Assembly: GCA_000934665.2 (NCBI GenBank)
Contig: JYFJ02003412.1
Coordinates: 1 to 42,161, forward strand
Direction of reading: 5' to 3'
Length of the DNA stretch: 42,161 nt
Source: Catajapyx aquilonaris
Lineage: Eukaryota
How positions within the stretch are numbered: position 1 is the first letter of the stretch; each line of letters starts with the position of its first letter. This document shows, in pieces, positions 27,647-40,172 of the stretch. Position numbers and translations under genes: made by a program. Under the pieces are notes generated by a model. That model did not search any database. It worked only from the letters and a program-made list of their open reading frames with translations, and had not been told where the DNA came from.

Positions 27647-27812
27647 CAGTAAAACCTCGATCATAACGATCTTCAACGGACCGCCCAAAAGTAGAGTTAT
27701 AAGAGGAATAGCGTCATAGGCGGGAAAATTTACCTTATGGAAATTATCAATTAAGGGACCGGAAAAAAGGGGCGTTAAAAGCGGGAAAGCGTTATATATC
27801 GGGGTTTTACTG
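27647..27812. mobile_element. pogo/Tigger-like (Tc1/mariner superfamily) MITE, ~166 bp
   Basis: Left end TA-CAGTAAAACCTCGATCATAACG and right end CGTTATATATCGGGGTTTTACTG form imperfect TIRs beginning CAGT, typical of pogo-like elements. TA is present on the left and degenerate (CA) on the right. No ORF. Confidence 0.72.
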
Positions 27813-28419
27813 CACTGATAACTATTGGCAACTGAGCTGTGTAAAATATTTAAGTTAATTACGAAAATAATTTCATTGAATTGGACCTGTCATTGTGCCT
27901 CGCAAGAAATATTTGGCAACAGTAAAGTACAGTAGTTTCTGATCCTAATAGCATAAATACGCTGACGGCTAAGTATAATTAAAATAGAGGCAAAACGGTC
28001 GGTCACACTGGAATGAATTACAGCCGTTGTGGTCATACTGGAAAACTTTCCTGCTTCCCAGATGACACCATATAATATATTTCCACACTTTTTATGTACA
28101 CGACTACGTCTGAATAGAATAAGAATAAGGGCTATCCACAATTTCTGAAACAATTTCGAGTGCAACGTGACTTTGTAATTGTTCTGCAAATTAGTTCTCC
28201 CGCTGTGCAATTACTGCGGAAGTACCGGATTAAAAATGCATGTCCCAAATAATGACCTCAGAGCACATTAGATGAATATAATATATACGACCACCTTAAA
28301 TAATATGCTATTTGCACATTTTGTGCGAGTGAAGTAATTTTGTCCCGTGTTTAATTTGAGAATATATTGCTTGGCACACTGATTGTCTCTGTGTATAAAC
28401 GTACGGAGTGGGTACTTAC

Positions 28420-28825
28420 TGGAAGGTTGCGTCCTGTAAGCCGGTAGCCAGGGGAAGGCCTGCAGAGCCAGCGGCCACCCGGGATGCTGGTGGTGCTGGA
28501 CCGTGGGAATGGCGGTGTCGAAGGCCGACCTGATCGGGAAGGTGGTCCTTCCTGGCTGGACCGGAGAGGGCTGCTGGAGAGGGGGTCCAGGAGAAGCGCT
28601 GGAGCAGCTCCTCTCCGCCTCGGGGCTGCTCCTCCCGCCCTGGAGAACCAGCTGTCCCTCCGGAGGCTCCGGAGAAGAGCTGGTCGACTCCGGGCTCCTG
28701 CTCCTGTGCCTGGTGTCGGCCAGCAAACTGTCCACACTGAAGGAGATCTTGGCTTTGGCCGGACTGCTCTTCTGCTGCTGCTCTTGGCCATCGGGGCTGC
28801 TGCTCTCCCTCGACGGATTACTCAT
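28420..28825 (-). CDS. Msx: Msx/msh (Drop)-family homeobox transcription factor, coding exon 1 (N-terminal part with eh1 motif)
   Basis: ATG at 28825 in a good Kozak-like context (GTGCC-ATG-A). GC-rich coding-like sequence reads MSNPSRESSSPDGQ...KISFSVDSLLA...AFPWLPAYRTQPS. It ends at a consensus donor (TCCA|GTAAGT, intron from 28419) leaving 1 nt, which matches the phase of the homeobox exon. eh1 and PW motifs are typical of Msx N-termini. Confidence 0.88.
28721..28741 (-). other. eh1 (Groucho/TLE-binding) motif FSVDSLL
   Basis: Matches the eh1 consensus F-S-I/V-x-x-I/L-L near the N-terminus, as in Msx and other NK-class repressors. Confidence 0.85.
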
Positions 28826-29149
28826 GGCACCTACACGCACTTTTTGTGTGTGTGATCCGCTCTTAGGTGGCGGCGGCGGCACCCATGCTGGCACCTGCAC
28901 ACATGTGTGATATGCTGTCGAGTGTGTTGTCAACGCCGTGTAATACGAGGGTGGTGGTGGTGGGGTGGTGAAAAATCCTGGTGGCCGTCCCCAAAAGTGG
29001 AGGCTCCGCCCATGGCAGGGAGGAGCAGCCGTAGTCGTGCGCCATGCAGCCAATGGAGTCCGGATCAAGTGCCACCCATCCACCCGCCAGCCAGCGCCAG
29101 CAGCACCACGGAAACTTTGCCAGCGGCGGGCCTTTTCAAGAGCTATCTC

Positions 29150-29550
29150 ATAGCTAGAGAGAGAGATGGCCGGGGCGTTAGCTAGGGAGGGGGATTGGGG
29201 GGGGGGGGGTATGACGTGCCAGTGTGAAATCGATGTCATTCAACGCCTGCGATCCTCGATTAGCCCTACCCCCACAGCTGCTCTGTAATGTTACACGGAC
29301 CAGGCAGTTGCATGTGTTGATGAATTTTCTGGTGGTGAAGAATAAAAGGGTGGGGGGAGAATCGGTCAATATTGGCTGCGCAAGTTTGACGTGTCCAACA
29401 AGGGGGCGGGGGAAACATTTTTGTGGACAAAGATTCCTTCAGTTGTGGCAAGCGGTGATGTGTAAATGGTCTTACACTATAGCTCGCAGTAATAGACAAT
29501 ACCCTTATGTGATGATTTTGCAAAAACTATGCAGGTCTAATTGGACGGTG
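29150..29550 (-). promoter_or_regulatory. Putative Msx proximal promoter / 5' region
   Basis: Immediately upstream of exon 1. Contains a (GA)n run at ~29155-29165, TGACGT motifs (~29212, ~29387), CCAAT on the minus strand (ATTGG at 29371 and ~29540), a GC box GGGGGCGGGG (~29402-29411) and G tracts. The TSS cannot be located from sequence alone. Confidence 0.4.
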
Positions 29551-32500
29551 GTTTGCAATAACGTATCAACCCACAAAAATGCCAAAATTGAGTTAAACCC
29601 AGGAACCACAGGATCCTACTTCATTCAGTTAAAATCAAGCTGGCGAAATCTGCATGCTTCTGCAACATATTACCGAAAAGGACACTGAATTAATTTCACC
29701 TGTTCTCATGTTGGTTGACTCATTATTGCATAACACCGTCCAATTAATTTTGATTTACCGCACAGGAATTCGCATCATCCCGGCAGTTAGATAACCTATG
29801 CTCTTCTACTGGCTCGCCGTGATGCAGCCTTACAGGGGCATTTGGCCTTGGACCATATTTATTATTTATTAAGCATTATTACCAGTCTCGGCAGCATCTG
29901 CGCACCTTATGTGTAAGCTATTGACGAGCATTAATTAATTAAAGCGGCACCTTTTGTCCGGAATGTATATTGCGAGAAGGACACCATCGCATTTTGTTTG
30001 GTTGGCAAAAGTCATTCAGAGAGGTGAGCTTATATGACCGCCCGGTTAAGGACCTGTAAATCAAGGCCCGTAAAAGGGGCCATTTGCGACAGGGCCCCGC
30101 GATTCCGGACAAAGGCTATCCTCGACCGTAACATTCAGGGCTTTAGCTAAAGTTTTGGGGAGGTATACATTTTGTCCAGTGGCATTTATATTCTGCTGGA
30201 TCGGCCTGGGCCCTGCTGAGGGGGGGAATTAATTGAAGGGCGGTCTCAAAGCGCCTAATTCCATCCACTTCACACCCTAGAGAAGATCCAATCAGGAAGG
30301 ACGTGCCTTTTTTTTTGCATCTGCCATTTTTATATACACCTCCAGCATCTGCCTGTGGGTCCCACAAAAGCAGCTCCAACCTTGGAGGGGGTTGCCTTTT
30401 GCCTCTTCAAAAGCATTAATATACCGGTCAAAAATGTCTCTCCCCCCTCTTATACTCTCCCCATCCCTCCCTAGAAAAACCTGGACTCAATAACAAATCT
30501 GGCGGAGGGACCTCCGTGTACTTCACTGATATGTTATCCTCACCGCTGCCGGGGGGACAATTTCCTCTTTTTGTACCCCGGTTCAAAGCCAATTAAAGCT
30601 GGTCCATAGTGGGAGTATACAAGTCAGGTTGCAGTGAGTTATAAGCTACTCAAACGCCAATTCACTTTCAATAGAACATTCAATAAATTCATTTTATCGC
30701 AGCCTTCCCCACTGCGTCCCCTGTCGGGCCAAAGACCCGAACCTTCTGGCCGCTGAATGGGGAAGCAGCCAACGGAAGAGCGACCCGGCTTTCACGACGG
30801 TACAAAAGGGGCGCCCCAGGAAACTCTGCCGAATATATAGGGAGAGAAAGGGGGGGATAGGACCAGAAGGAGGGGGGGGGGGGTTTAGAGAAAACGCCAC
30901 ATCGCTGCCACCAGCAGGCAGCTATCTCCTGCAGACTCCGTATCTCACTTTTTTTTGGCACTGCCTTTTATGCGGAGGCGCAATCCGCGTAATTAGAAGC
31001 GTTGAATGCCCTTTTCCTCGAGCTGCAATGTAGGGGAGTGCAATTATTGAAGACGTAATTAGAGAGAGAGTGGGGGGAGGTAGTATTTAGCTGGGATATA
31101 ATTTATTGTTGCGCGGATTAAGAAACGTATTGGCCTCGGGTTGTCTGAATATTAAATTGTGTTGTGGACGGATAAGCACAGGCAGGCGGTGTATGGGAAA
31201 TTGTGGGCATTTAGGCGGGAGTAATTGGCCTATTTTTCCTAATTAGGCTAATTGCAGGACTCTTCTGTATTGCTCATATATTGCAACATGGAAACTCAAG
31301 GCGGGCGTCCGCGAGATTTCGACCAAACCTCGTGACTTTGCATGTAAGTTAATTACCAAAAAATTTCAATTGCGACACTGTACAGCCCAGCAATGAATGA
31401 ACATGTGCGCCTCTCCCCCCCAAAAAAAGAAGGGCCTCCTGATTTTGAGAAAATTGCCCGTGCCGCACGATATGACACTTAGCGCATTTGAATGGGTCGG
31501 GTCCTTATCTTGGCCGGAGATATTTGGACAGAAGCACACTTGTCTGGAAGGTAGCTAATTAAGAGCAAAACGCTCATTAGGAAGAAACGACTTGGCTCCT
31601 TGAAGCTTCTCCATTGTGCTGGCCTCCCTAATCTAAAACAGTCTACATATCTTTCTTCGCGGACTTTATTACATTTCGTTTAGGTTAATGAGCCCGGAAT
31701 TTGGTCCCGTATTCACTTTTATTGCCAGCGCTGTGTACTATTATCTGTTGCGATTAAAGTAGCAGACTCAACAAAGCGGACTTGGTGTAGTGCCAAATGA
31801 TAACGGCGGGCTGGGAGGGGATGCGTTTCATTATTCTCTGGGATACTAGCCTGCTCTCAGGTGCCGCTTTTTTGGTGGTGGAAAAATAGTCCTTTTTTCC
31901 CTCCAAAAAATAATAAAAAAATTGGTTGAGCCCAAAGGCTTGTTGTTTGGAGGACCGTGTTTATGCCGATTATATACGTAACTCAATTAGGCATTCTGAA
32001 GGACTCGGATGCCACTTAGGCGACTCACATTCCCACAATTATGGCTCAAAGCGTGGTCATTTTCCCAATTACAAGTGAGGGGTTTCGAGGTGGATTTTGG
32101 TCAATAAGACCCGGGACCGGGTTTGTATAATGGGCGTGGGGCGTAATTGATCCATTTAAGGTGCTCATTTTGGCACTTGCGTGCCTCATCCTATGTAATA
32201 AGTTTCCCTCGCACATGCACATATACACACGTAAACTATAAAAAAGTTATTGCTTATATCCTGGTTTCCGCGCCTGGCTAAGTACATGTTACCCATCGTA
32301 ATTGGCCCGGAATGTGGGTTATGCTTATGCAAACACCACGTTTTTTTTGGGATGGGCAGCACCCAAAAATTCCAAACGTTGTGACACTGCACACCTCATT
32401 AAGTCTAAAGCCAGATTTGGGGTCCGCCATTGTCCAGCTTTTGAGGGGTATCCTACACGCGATGCATTCGCACATGAAGATTAACCCTACTTGATAAACA

Positions 32501-33460
32501 TTTTTGTGTGTATTCCCCCGTACATATATTTTTTTAAGGGGGGAAATGTTTAAAGAGAGTTTAAAACCAGCACATGGATCGAAGGAAAAAGCCAGCAGCT
32601 TCTCTCTCTGGGGCTGGCAAAATCGAGCGATTTTGTGTCCCTTTTCCCCTCCCCCCTACTCCCAGAAGTGGAGCAGGCAATTTCCGGCCAGTTTATGAAA
32701 TCTATAGGACGGTCCAAGCGCAGATTACACGGGTCAATACGCGGCGTGATTAGCAGTTGGCTCCTCGACAAACCCGAAATAAGCCCCGGCGCTTCGGTTT
32801 TCCTAACCCGGCAGCACAATGGCTTCGAGAGCGCCGGTTTGTGACTTCCATTGTGCGGCCTGTTGCATATCAACACTGCGCACATATACGGTGTCAAAAA
32901 ACCGGGAGGAGTGTACCGGACTACAAAAAAAAAAAAGATGAGGTCTGACATGACTGAAAAATGCGCCGTGAGAGTAAAAATGTTCAGCCGGCGCACATGC
33001 TGCTGGGGACTATTGTTGCTGGATGGGGAGGGAAAAAGGGGGGGACGGAAGTCGAAATAATGTGAATGTATGAAGGGAGATANGGGTAGGGGGTGAAAAA
33101 AAGAGAGACAGGACTTGATATCGCGCCATTTTCAGTTCTGTGTATTTTTGCCTTCATTTTAATTTGACTGCTGGCCGTACAAAAGCCATGGCAGCAGCAC
33201 CAGAGATTACAGATTGCCCGAACAAATCGTCGGAACACATATGTGCACATACGTCTGCTCAAAGAGGAGAGAGAGCCATAGTATGATTTAAGATAATTAT
33301 AACGTGTAGTATAACACCTCTATTCATACTGCGTAACTTTCATAAAGATGGTGTTTTCATATTGTACTGAAGAGTAGCCTTTTCCAGGTAAACAGCAAAA
33401 CACTAAAAGAGACCATCCAAAGGAGAAACCATTTTTAATGCTCATGTTTGTTGATAGAAC

Positions 33461-33640
33461 GCAACAAAAACATTACAAGAGCATTCAATAGCATTACTGT
33501 TCTATGAGAGACTCAGTATAGTGACGCTCTTTTAATGCTTTGATTATATGTAATGTTTTTTTGTTGCTAAACGATTACAAGAGCATTGCAAATTCACTTT
33601 CAATGGGAAACTCAGTAGGCCTAGTGACGCTCTTTTAATG
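33461..33640. repeat. Diverged ~100-bp-period direct repeat whose units carry short inverted ends
   Basis: ATTACAAGAGCATT...ACTCAGTA...TAGTGACGCTCTTTTAATG occurs at ~33472-33538 and ~33574-33640. CATTACAAGAGC and GCTCTTTTAATG are near reverse complements. GCAACAAAAACATTACA (33461) is inverted against TGTAATGTTTTTTTGTTGC (~33549-33567). Confidence 0.7.
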
Positions 33641-36600
33641 ATCTGCGGTTAGGCAGTGCTATAAAAAAAGTGTTTATGTCATTTCAGTCCAATTATACTG
33701 TTTATCGAAAATATCGGAACATTTCAAAGTGTTCGCAAGCAGAAAACTCGTAATATTAATAACTTTTGCAATTTCGGTCAAAAAAATCTCATATTTTAGG
33801 ACTGCTGGTATGGACAAAATTTGCACAGTCTAAGTTAAAAGTTTGAAATTTTAACAACAATACTTTTTTTAAAAAAAATTATTTTTCATTGCCCCTGTGG
33901 GCTTTACAGAGCCTTTGGGGAATTTAACGACAATGCTGAATTATTAGGAGAGTCTTTCTTCCATGCGAGTAGGAACACATTTTGTAATTTTTTTGCACTT
34001 TACTATTTTTTTGACTAAGAATTACTTGTATAGCAACTGAAGAAATATTTCCGTGGGTATAATCCCTTTTCTTTAAATGCTCCCCTCGAGATTTGTTTTG
34101 CCGGAATGTGTGATCCCGCATGTTCCCAGCAGTTGACAAAAGGGGGTGGCCCAGGACAGAACGGTGACCCGTGTCGGGTCATCATCCGGGTCCTGTTAAC
34201 CCCAGCTGGGAGAGACCACCAGGAAGGGAGCATCAGCACTTCCCCTCCAATCTCATTAAGTCGGTCCCCAAACTTCTCTCTTTCGAAAATTGATACCTGC
34301 CCCTTTAAGCCCCAAAAATAAAGAGCGGTCCTTATTTGAGCTAATGCTTTTTTTCGCGGCAGAGTCTTGGAAGGATTGAAATTGTCGCCTCAGGGTGGAT
34401 TTGTCGAGAGCATTTCGGTTTCGCGGTCCATCTTGGGCAGTTCGTTAAAAGAAGGTGCCGCATGCAGCTTGTCTCTGTGGGAAGAGACGTGAGCCGAAGT
34501 GCTTGGGGTTTGACTCGGACCGAATCACACAATTTGCCGTGTCGTGGTTCACGAACGGCCCATTACTCCCATGGAAGAATAGCGTAGCTAATGGCCAGGC
34601 ACTTTGTTTGAATGGAACAAGGGGAGTGTCCCCCCCCCCCCCTTTTTGCCCAGCAAAACCCTTTCCCTATTTTGGACAAAAAATGCGGGGGACCAGGACC
34701 GTTGAAAGAACCAGCCGGGGCACATGAGTCGAAAAAAAATGAGCCTGGATCTCATACATTACAATTACACTGTACGGTGCGTCCCGGTTTGGATATTTGC
34801 CCGGTAATAAAATTCTGGTTGATGAATTGGGCTGGATCTTTTTGCTATTAAATCCGGCGAGAACATGGAAACTATGAAAATTTGCGTGACTCAACGGTCG
34901 AAGTTAAATAGGGCCATAAATTCGATTTGATGACAATTATTGTTGTGTAATTCTTATAGAGTGTACAAACGTATAAGCTTCTATTGGCATAATTACTAAA
35001 TTTCAACCCTCACAGTATTGTACTTAGGCTTTAATTAACCATTCTTTGTTAATTACTTAATGGGGTACATGGCATGAGAGGATGTGAGGGGGGTGGGGGG
35101 CGAATAAGGTTTTCTCCTGCCGAAAACTCCTTTTTCTGATGTCTCTCTCTCTCACTCTGTCGCCGCTTTTCCCTCTCTACAGTTTCCCCCTGCTCCCCCT
35201 GAAACCCTCAGGATTTCCGAGGAGCTTGGCGAAATCCGATTACCCCTTCCAGTTGACTTGTGTCGTCAAACGCTTCCGACCAATTAGATGGGAATCGAGA
35301 AGAGTAAAGAAGCTTTTGGACCGGAATACAAGTTCGTGCCGACGACAGCAGCAAACCCCTCCCACCGGATTACTTACTCTTTGATGTGCTTATTTTTTTT
35401 CCACCACTGGGAGAACTATGCCTCTTTTGTTATTCATCGGCTATATATGGCTCGGTATAGGCCTCACTTATTTTTTGGAGAGAAAAAAAAATTACAGTTC
35501 TGGGAGCTCGCCTTATTATATTTTAGCGCAATTAAAGTTCCTTGGATGGCTGTAATCCTTTGCAAATTGGCGAATTTGGCTGGCTGCAAACGTCGAGCTA
35601 AATTGATGATTGAAATAGGTTTATCAGGCTTCTACTGAAATGTCAGGACTCTCATTTATTGTTCATTATTATTATTTGGAGTATTGTATGCTCAATTTGC
35701 TCATTTTAAAATTATGCTCAGCTGACTCACAGTGTTATATGACCCTGCACTTATGCTGCCTAATTCCTAATGAATCCGCCTCTGATATACAAAATTAGCA
35801 GCGTCTTCCGCCTGCGTCCCATATACGAAGTTGACAGTTTATATATAGGCAAAAGCAGGTGTCCTGCCCGACTTAATTAAGGCCCCGAAAAGGAGCCAGC
35901 GGCCTCCACAGCCAGACAATAAATGTGGGCGGGTGATGAGGAAGAGAAGGGTTGGGGTGGGTGGAAATTCACCACATTCTTGGGGGTAATTAGTGGATGA
36001 GTCTCTGATGGCTTCGGGGGAGGAAAAGAGTTGGGGGTGTTCTTCAACAAAGGGGCACGTTGATCCCCAAGTCCGACCACCCGACTCGTGTCCATCCATC
36101 TTACTGAAACCGCCATCTTCGCTGACAAATGAAAAAGTCTCCTGGGACTTCCCAAATCTGCAGTCCCCCAGCAACCAGTTGCTGGAGTTAACAAGTAGGC
36201 GACTTGGGCTCGAAATGTAATTACCATATATTTTTGTCCCAAAGAGCTGTTCCGGGAGAGGGCGGATAATAATAGGCAGTTTGAGCCTGGTAATTGGGAA
36301 CTTGCATCATATTTTGAAGGGCGGGTGTGTTTTTTTTTGGGAGGACGTTTCAGATCTGTGAGGCTGCGGGATGGCTTGTTAAGCTCTTTGAATTTCCAAC
36401 TGCTGGGTTGAGGTTGGTTGGCTGGTTGGGTGGGCGGAATAAGAGCCAAGTGCAATCAAGAGAAGGGGAAATTGAAACAGAAATTGAGGCTCCGCCACAC
36501 CACATCACCAACTAACCGCCATCCTTGGTTATTATAGAGTGTGAAGAACACAAGGGCCGCCCCCCCTCTCTCTCGGGAACTCGCCATTTTGGCCGGTTAT

Positions 36601-39600
36601 GAAACAATGTTATTCTGAGATGTGCCGGATATGTTAGGGTTCGGACTTGGCTGTTGTCATCGCATCAGGAGGCGGTGTCGCCTAGGGCAGGTTTGCACGG
36701 TTGCAGAAGGAAACCATAACTTGCAATCTGGCTGAATTCGTCATTCCAGGAAATAGCCCCAAACAACCCCCCTCCTCCCGGTGATGACGCCCTATTAATT
36801 AATGGAGAACATAGAAGGGACGTTCATCATCAGTTGTTTGGTTGGAGCTACAAGTGAAAATAAATTGAGGCGGTCGGTTGTTTTTTCCGGTGGCAGAGTC
36901 CGGTTTTTGACATTTGGGATGGTAATTTCTGGCCGTATTTTTGTACTGTACCAAGCAGTAATATCCTGTGGCGAATTTAGTGGAGATGTCGATAGAAGGA
37001 TGTTCCTCTCTAGTTTCGCAACCTCACATCTGGAGACTATATAGTTATGGTTATGTCTCGGATACTCCAATAAACAAAACCTAAAACTATATAGTAGCAT
37101 CTCTGCTGTCATTACACTTATTTAAAAAGCTGAATTTTTCTTCAACCATGACTTCTAGTATATAGTTAACAGCATGCCATGAATTAAAAATATCTGACAC
37201 ATGTTGCACAGATATGAAAGATTGGATGCAATTTGATGTTTTTTTTTTTTAAAAAATAACTTGCCTGTTACCACATTTCCTGTGGTGAGAAAAAATTGCA
37301 CGTGCTTGTCCCCACTTCAGGAGAATGAGTAGGATGGGAGGGGAGGGCAGCGGTGGGTCTACTCTGGCAAGGTCCAATTAAATAAACATAAAAAGGGAAC
37401 AAAAGGAAACAAATGATGAGGCCAAGAAGTCACGATTCCGTTCAGAAGGGGCTGGAATCCCTCACAGGCACATTTTCTTATTTGGAGGAATTCCAGCAAA
37501 TAAGGGAAGTGGAGGCCCAACCTGAAAAACTCAAAGGTACACATCATATGCAGGCAAGGCATCTATATACACTGGGTGGTCCAGTGGCCAAGTCCATGAA
37601 CTGAGTAGAAATATTATTTTTTTGAAAAATATCTTTACTTTATTTGATTACAGTATTTAGTAAAAAATAACCATATGGAATAGGCATTTTGGAAATTTTG
37701 TGAGCAAAAACCGGAATTTATGATATTGTCACTGGCTCACGTGTTTCATACATATTAGAGGAAAAAGTTGTATATTGTTCACCTCAACAACCAGCTTAGT
37801 GAGAAGCAACAATAAAAATGTATTTGTCGCTAGTTTTTAAAAATAGCTGTTGGGGAGAACAACTTCCTGAACCCAACCCTAGAACTGTGGGCAGTGCTGC
37901 ACCACCCTGTGTGTATAAGGCAGGAAAGGCATAGAAGGAATGACACCCGGAGCTAGTGATGGGGGGAGTGTTCGTCTGGGCACGATAGGGGAGTCCATAA
38001 CTGTTGGGTGATTTGCTGAGGACGTATATATTTTACCAGGGATGGCCCTCGAGGGTTCTCTTCTTGCATAACAGCAAGGGACCATCAGATATGGGGGGCT
38101 GGCAATTGCAGCCCTTTCAGTGTTGCATGCGGACTCTCATTTGCCCCCAATGCAATGGTTGGGGATAATAACTGCCAGACCCGTGTAATTTGAACCCAAC
38201 TCATGAGATAGGAAAACCTGATGTATTGAAAATTTTTTGGGTTGTTTTCCGTCGGGTAGCCTATTTTCCAAAATGGATGCCCCCCCTCAGGGCTCGCAGA
38301 AAAGCTGCGGCAACACCCTGCCTGCGCAATTTGGCGGGAGACGCGTCGATTGGCCTGCGAGCAAGCAGCGTTGCCAGATGGCCGGGAACATAAGCCACGC
38401 TTAGTCCCCCTTTTGGCCAGGCCTGCGAAGTGATGACCGTCTGATGGCGGCGGGGACCTTAATCGGCTATTAAGCCCCCCTAATGATGCAGAAATGCGGG
38501 CATGAAAAGGGGGAAGCGTCTCTGATGGGGCCTCATAGCCAAGCCAGCTGTGTGTGCCTGCCAAGTTCTAAAGCTGTAATTACGGATTAGTTCTTCAGAG
38601 GCGGGCTGAGGCTGGAGGCGGCGCCACAAACAATGCAATGACCACGACATGGCCATTTGGCGTGAGGACGGGGCCAAGGAGGCCGCAGTTGGCCACGGAA
38701 TCATCACGACCTTAACACCTTCCGACACTTTGGCCATGGACAGGCCCGCCGTAATTCATATGCAGATATCCATCAATTCAACTTGGCGCATGCTTTAACA
38801 CCGCCCGTTAAGTACCCGTAAGTGATGCATTTGAATTAGTCGATCGCCACGCTCGACACATTAACCAGCACAGCACACACCCGGAAACCTGGCGACTCTA
38901 CAAGGTGGTGAACTTTCCAAGTCCATTGGTTTCAAGGGGTGGTATGTAGGCACCACATTATTCCTTACCTCGGAGAGGTCACGATATATTAAATTAGCCT
39001 ATACACTCTACTGCGATGTAAATAATTTATTCAATTTTTCAAACACCGTACGGCAAAAATCATGCAACTAACTTGTAAGTGCAATGAAATCGAATTGTTG
39101 TCGCCCCCAACAGCATTTATGCTCCAATAGTATTATAGGGAAATGTTTTTTGCTACAATATTTTTGTAAAAGTTTTGTAGAGAAAACCGTGACAAATTTA
39201 CTTCAACAAAACGCTATATCGTTTTGAAGTGGGCTGAACAATGTTGAGACATGATCTTACAAAGGATGGCTCAAATGTTGCTACACATTAGCAGATGGCA
39301 AGAACCAGTTCAAAGAGAAATGACAATTACAATAAGTGAATGTGACCCTAATTGTTTCTTCCAACTGGTTTATGATTGCTGGGTGTGTCGTAAGTTCTTC
39401 CACCTCTTGCTGGACTGAGGCAGTGCACCACCCTGTGCATGCAGAATCATCATTCTCTCGTCGACCGAGGGCCCTTCCAGTTTATGGCGAACAGACTAGG
39501 AAAACAAGCTCGTCGGTTAGTACTCCAGTCATCGTGTTTTGTGGCTGAGAAATGCGAGTGCCAATGACCCATTCAGCTAGTCTGCCAGAAATAAACTGTT

Positions 39601-40144
39601 TTCTGGTGGCGCCGGAAACGATCGAGATGATTTGCAGTCTAGAGGCCCGTCAAACAAGAGCTTATTAGTGAGATATTTCCGTCTCCATGACACACGCACT
39701 CACACTCTTTTAAGTTTTTTAAAAAATGCCTCATTCCTCAGCACCCTGTAAAGCAGTCAGAAAAGTGGTTATGTTGATCCTGGATGACTTCATCATCCAA
39801 CCTGTACAGCAGTGTTACCTGGTAGAGGACAGTGACGAATAATAATAGTAGGGGGGGGCGCAGTTTGGGCTCCAATTAGCCAGACCTGGCGGTCGTTGCT
39901 GGAAGATGATTCTACCCAATCCCGGGGGGGTTCCTCCGTCCCATTCAATTAACCGCAGACTGGTGTGTGTTTTTCCCCGTGTTGCTTTCATTCCAGGGCT
40001 CGCGTGTTGCGAGGATAACCTTACAGCTTAAAAACCCACTTGAAATGTTGTTTTCCTGGCAAAGCGGTCTGGGGAGGTGAGGGGGTGGAGTGGAGGAGGG
40101 TTGTTGACTGCGCGAAATAAATGAGCTGCTCGGAGGTTTTCTTG

Positions 40145-40172
40145 GCTGCTTTGCTTTGCTTTGCTTGCTGCT
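40145..40172. repeat. Short (GCTTT)n / GCT microsatellite
   Basis: Sequence GCTGCTTTGCTTTGCTTTGCTTGCTGCT. Confidence 0.6.

Noticed and set aside
28268..28419. C-terminal 50 aa of the 323-aa ORF
   Set aside because: Read-through into AT-rich intron sequence past a perfect GTAAGT donor.
28351..28910. Overlapping 123-146 aa ORFs across exon 1
   Set aside because: Alternative-frame or antisense shadows of GC-rich exon 1; only the eh1-containing frame splices in phase to the homeobox.
35839..36455. 192-aa and 111-aa upstream ORFs
   Set aside because: No recognisable family, low complexity and no convincing splice structure.
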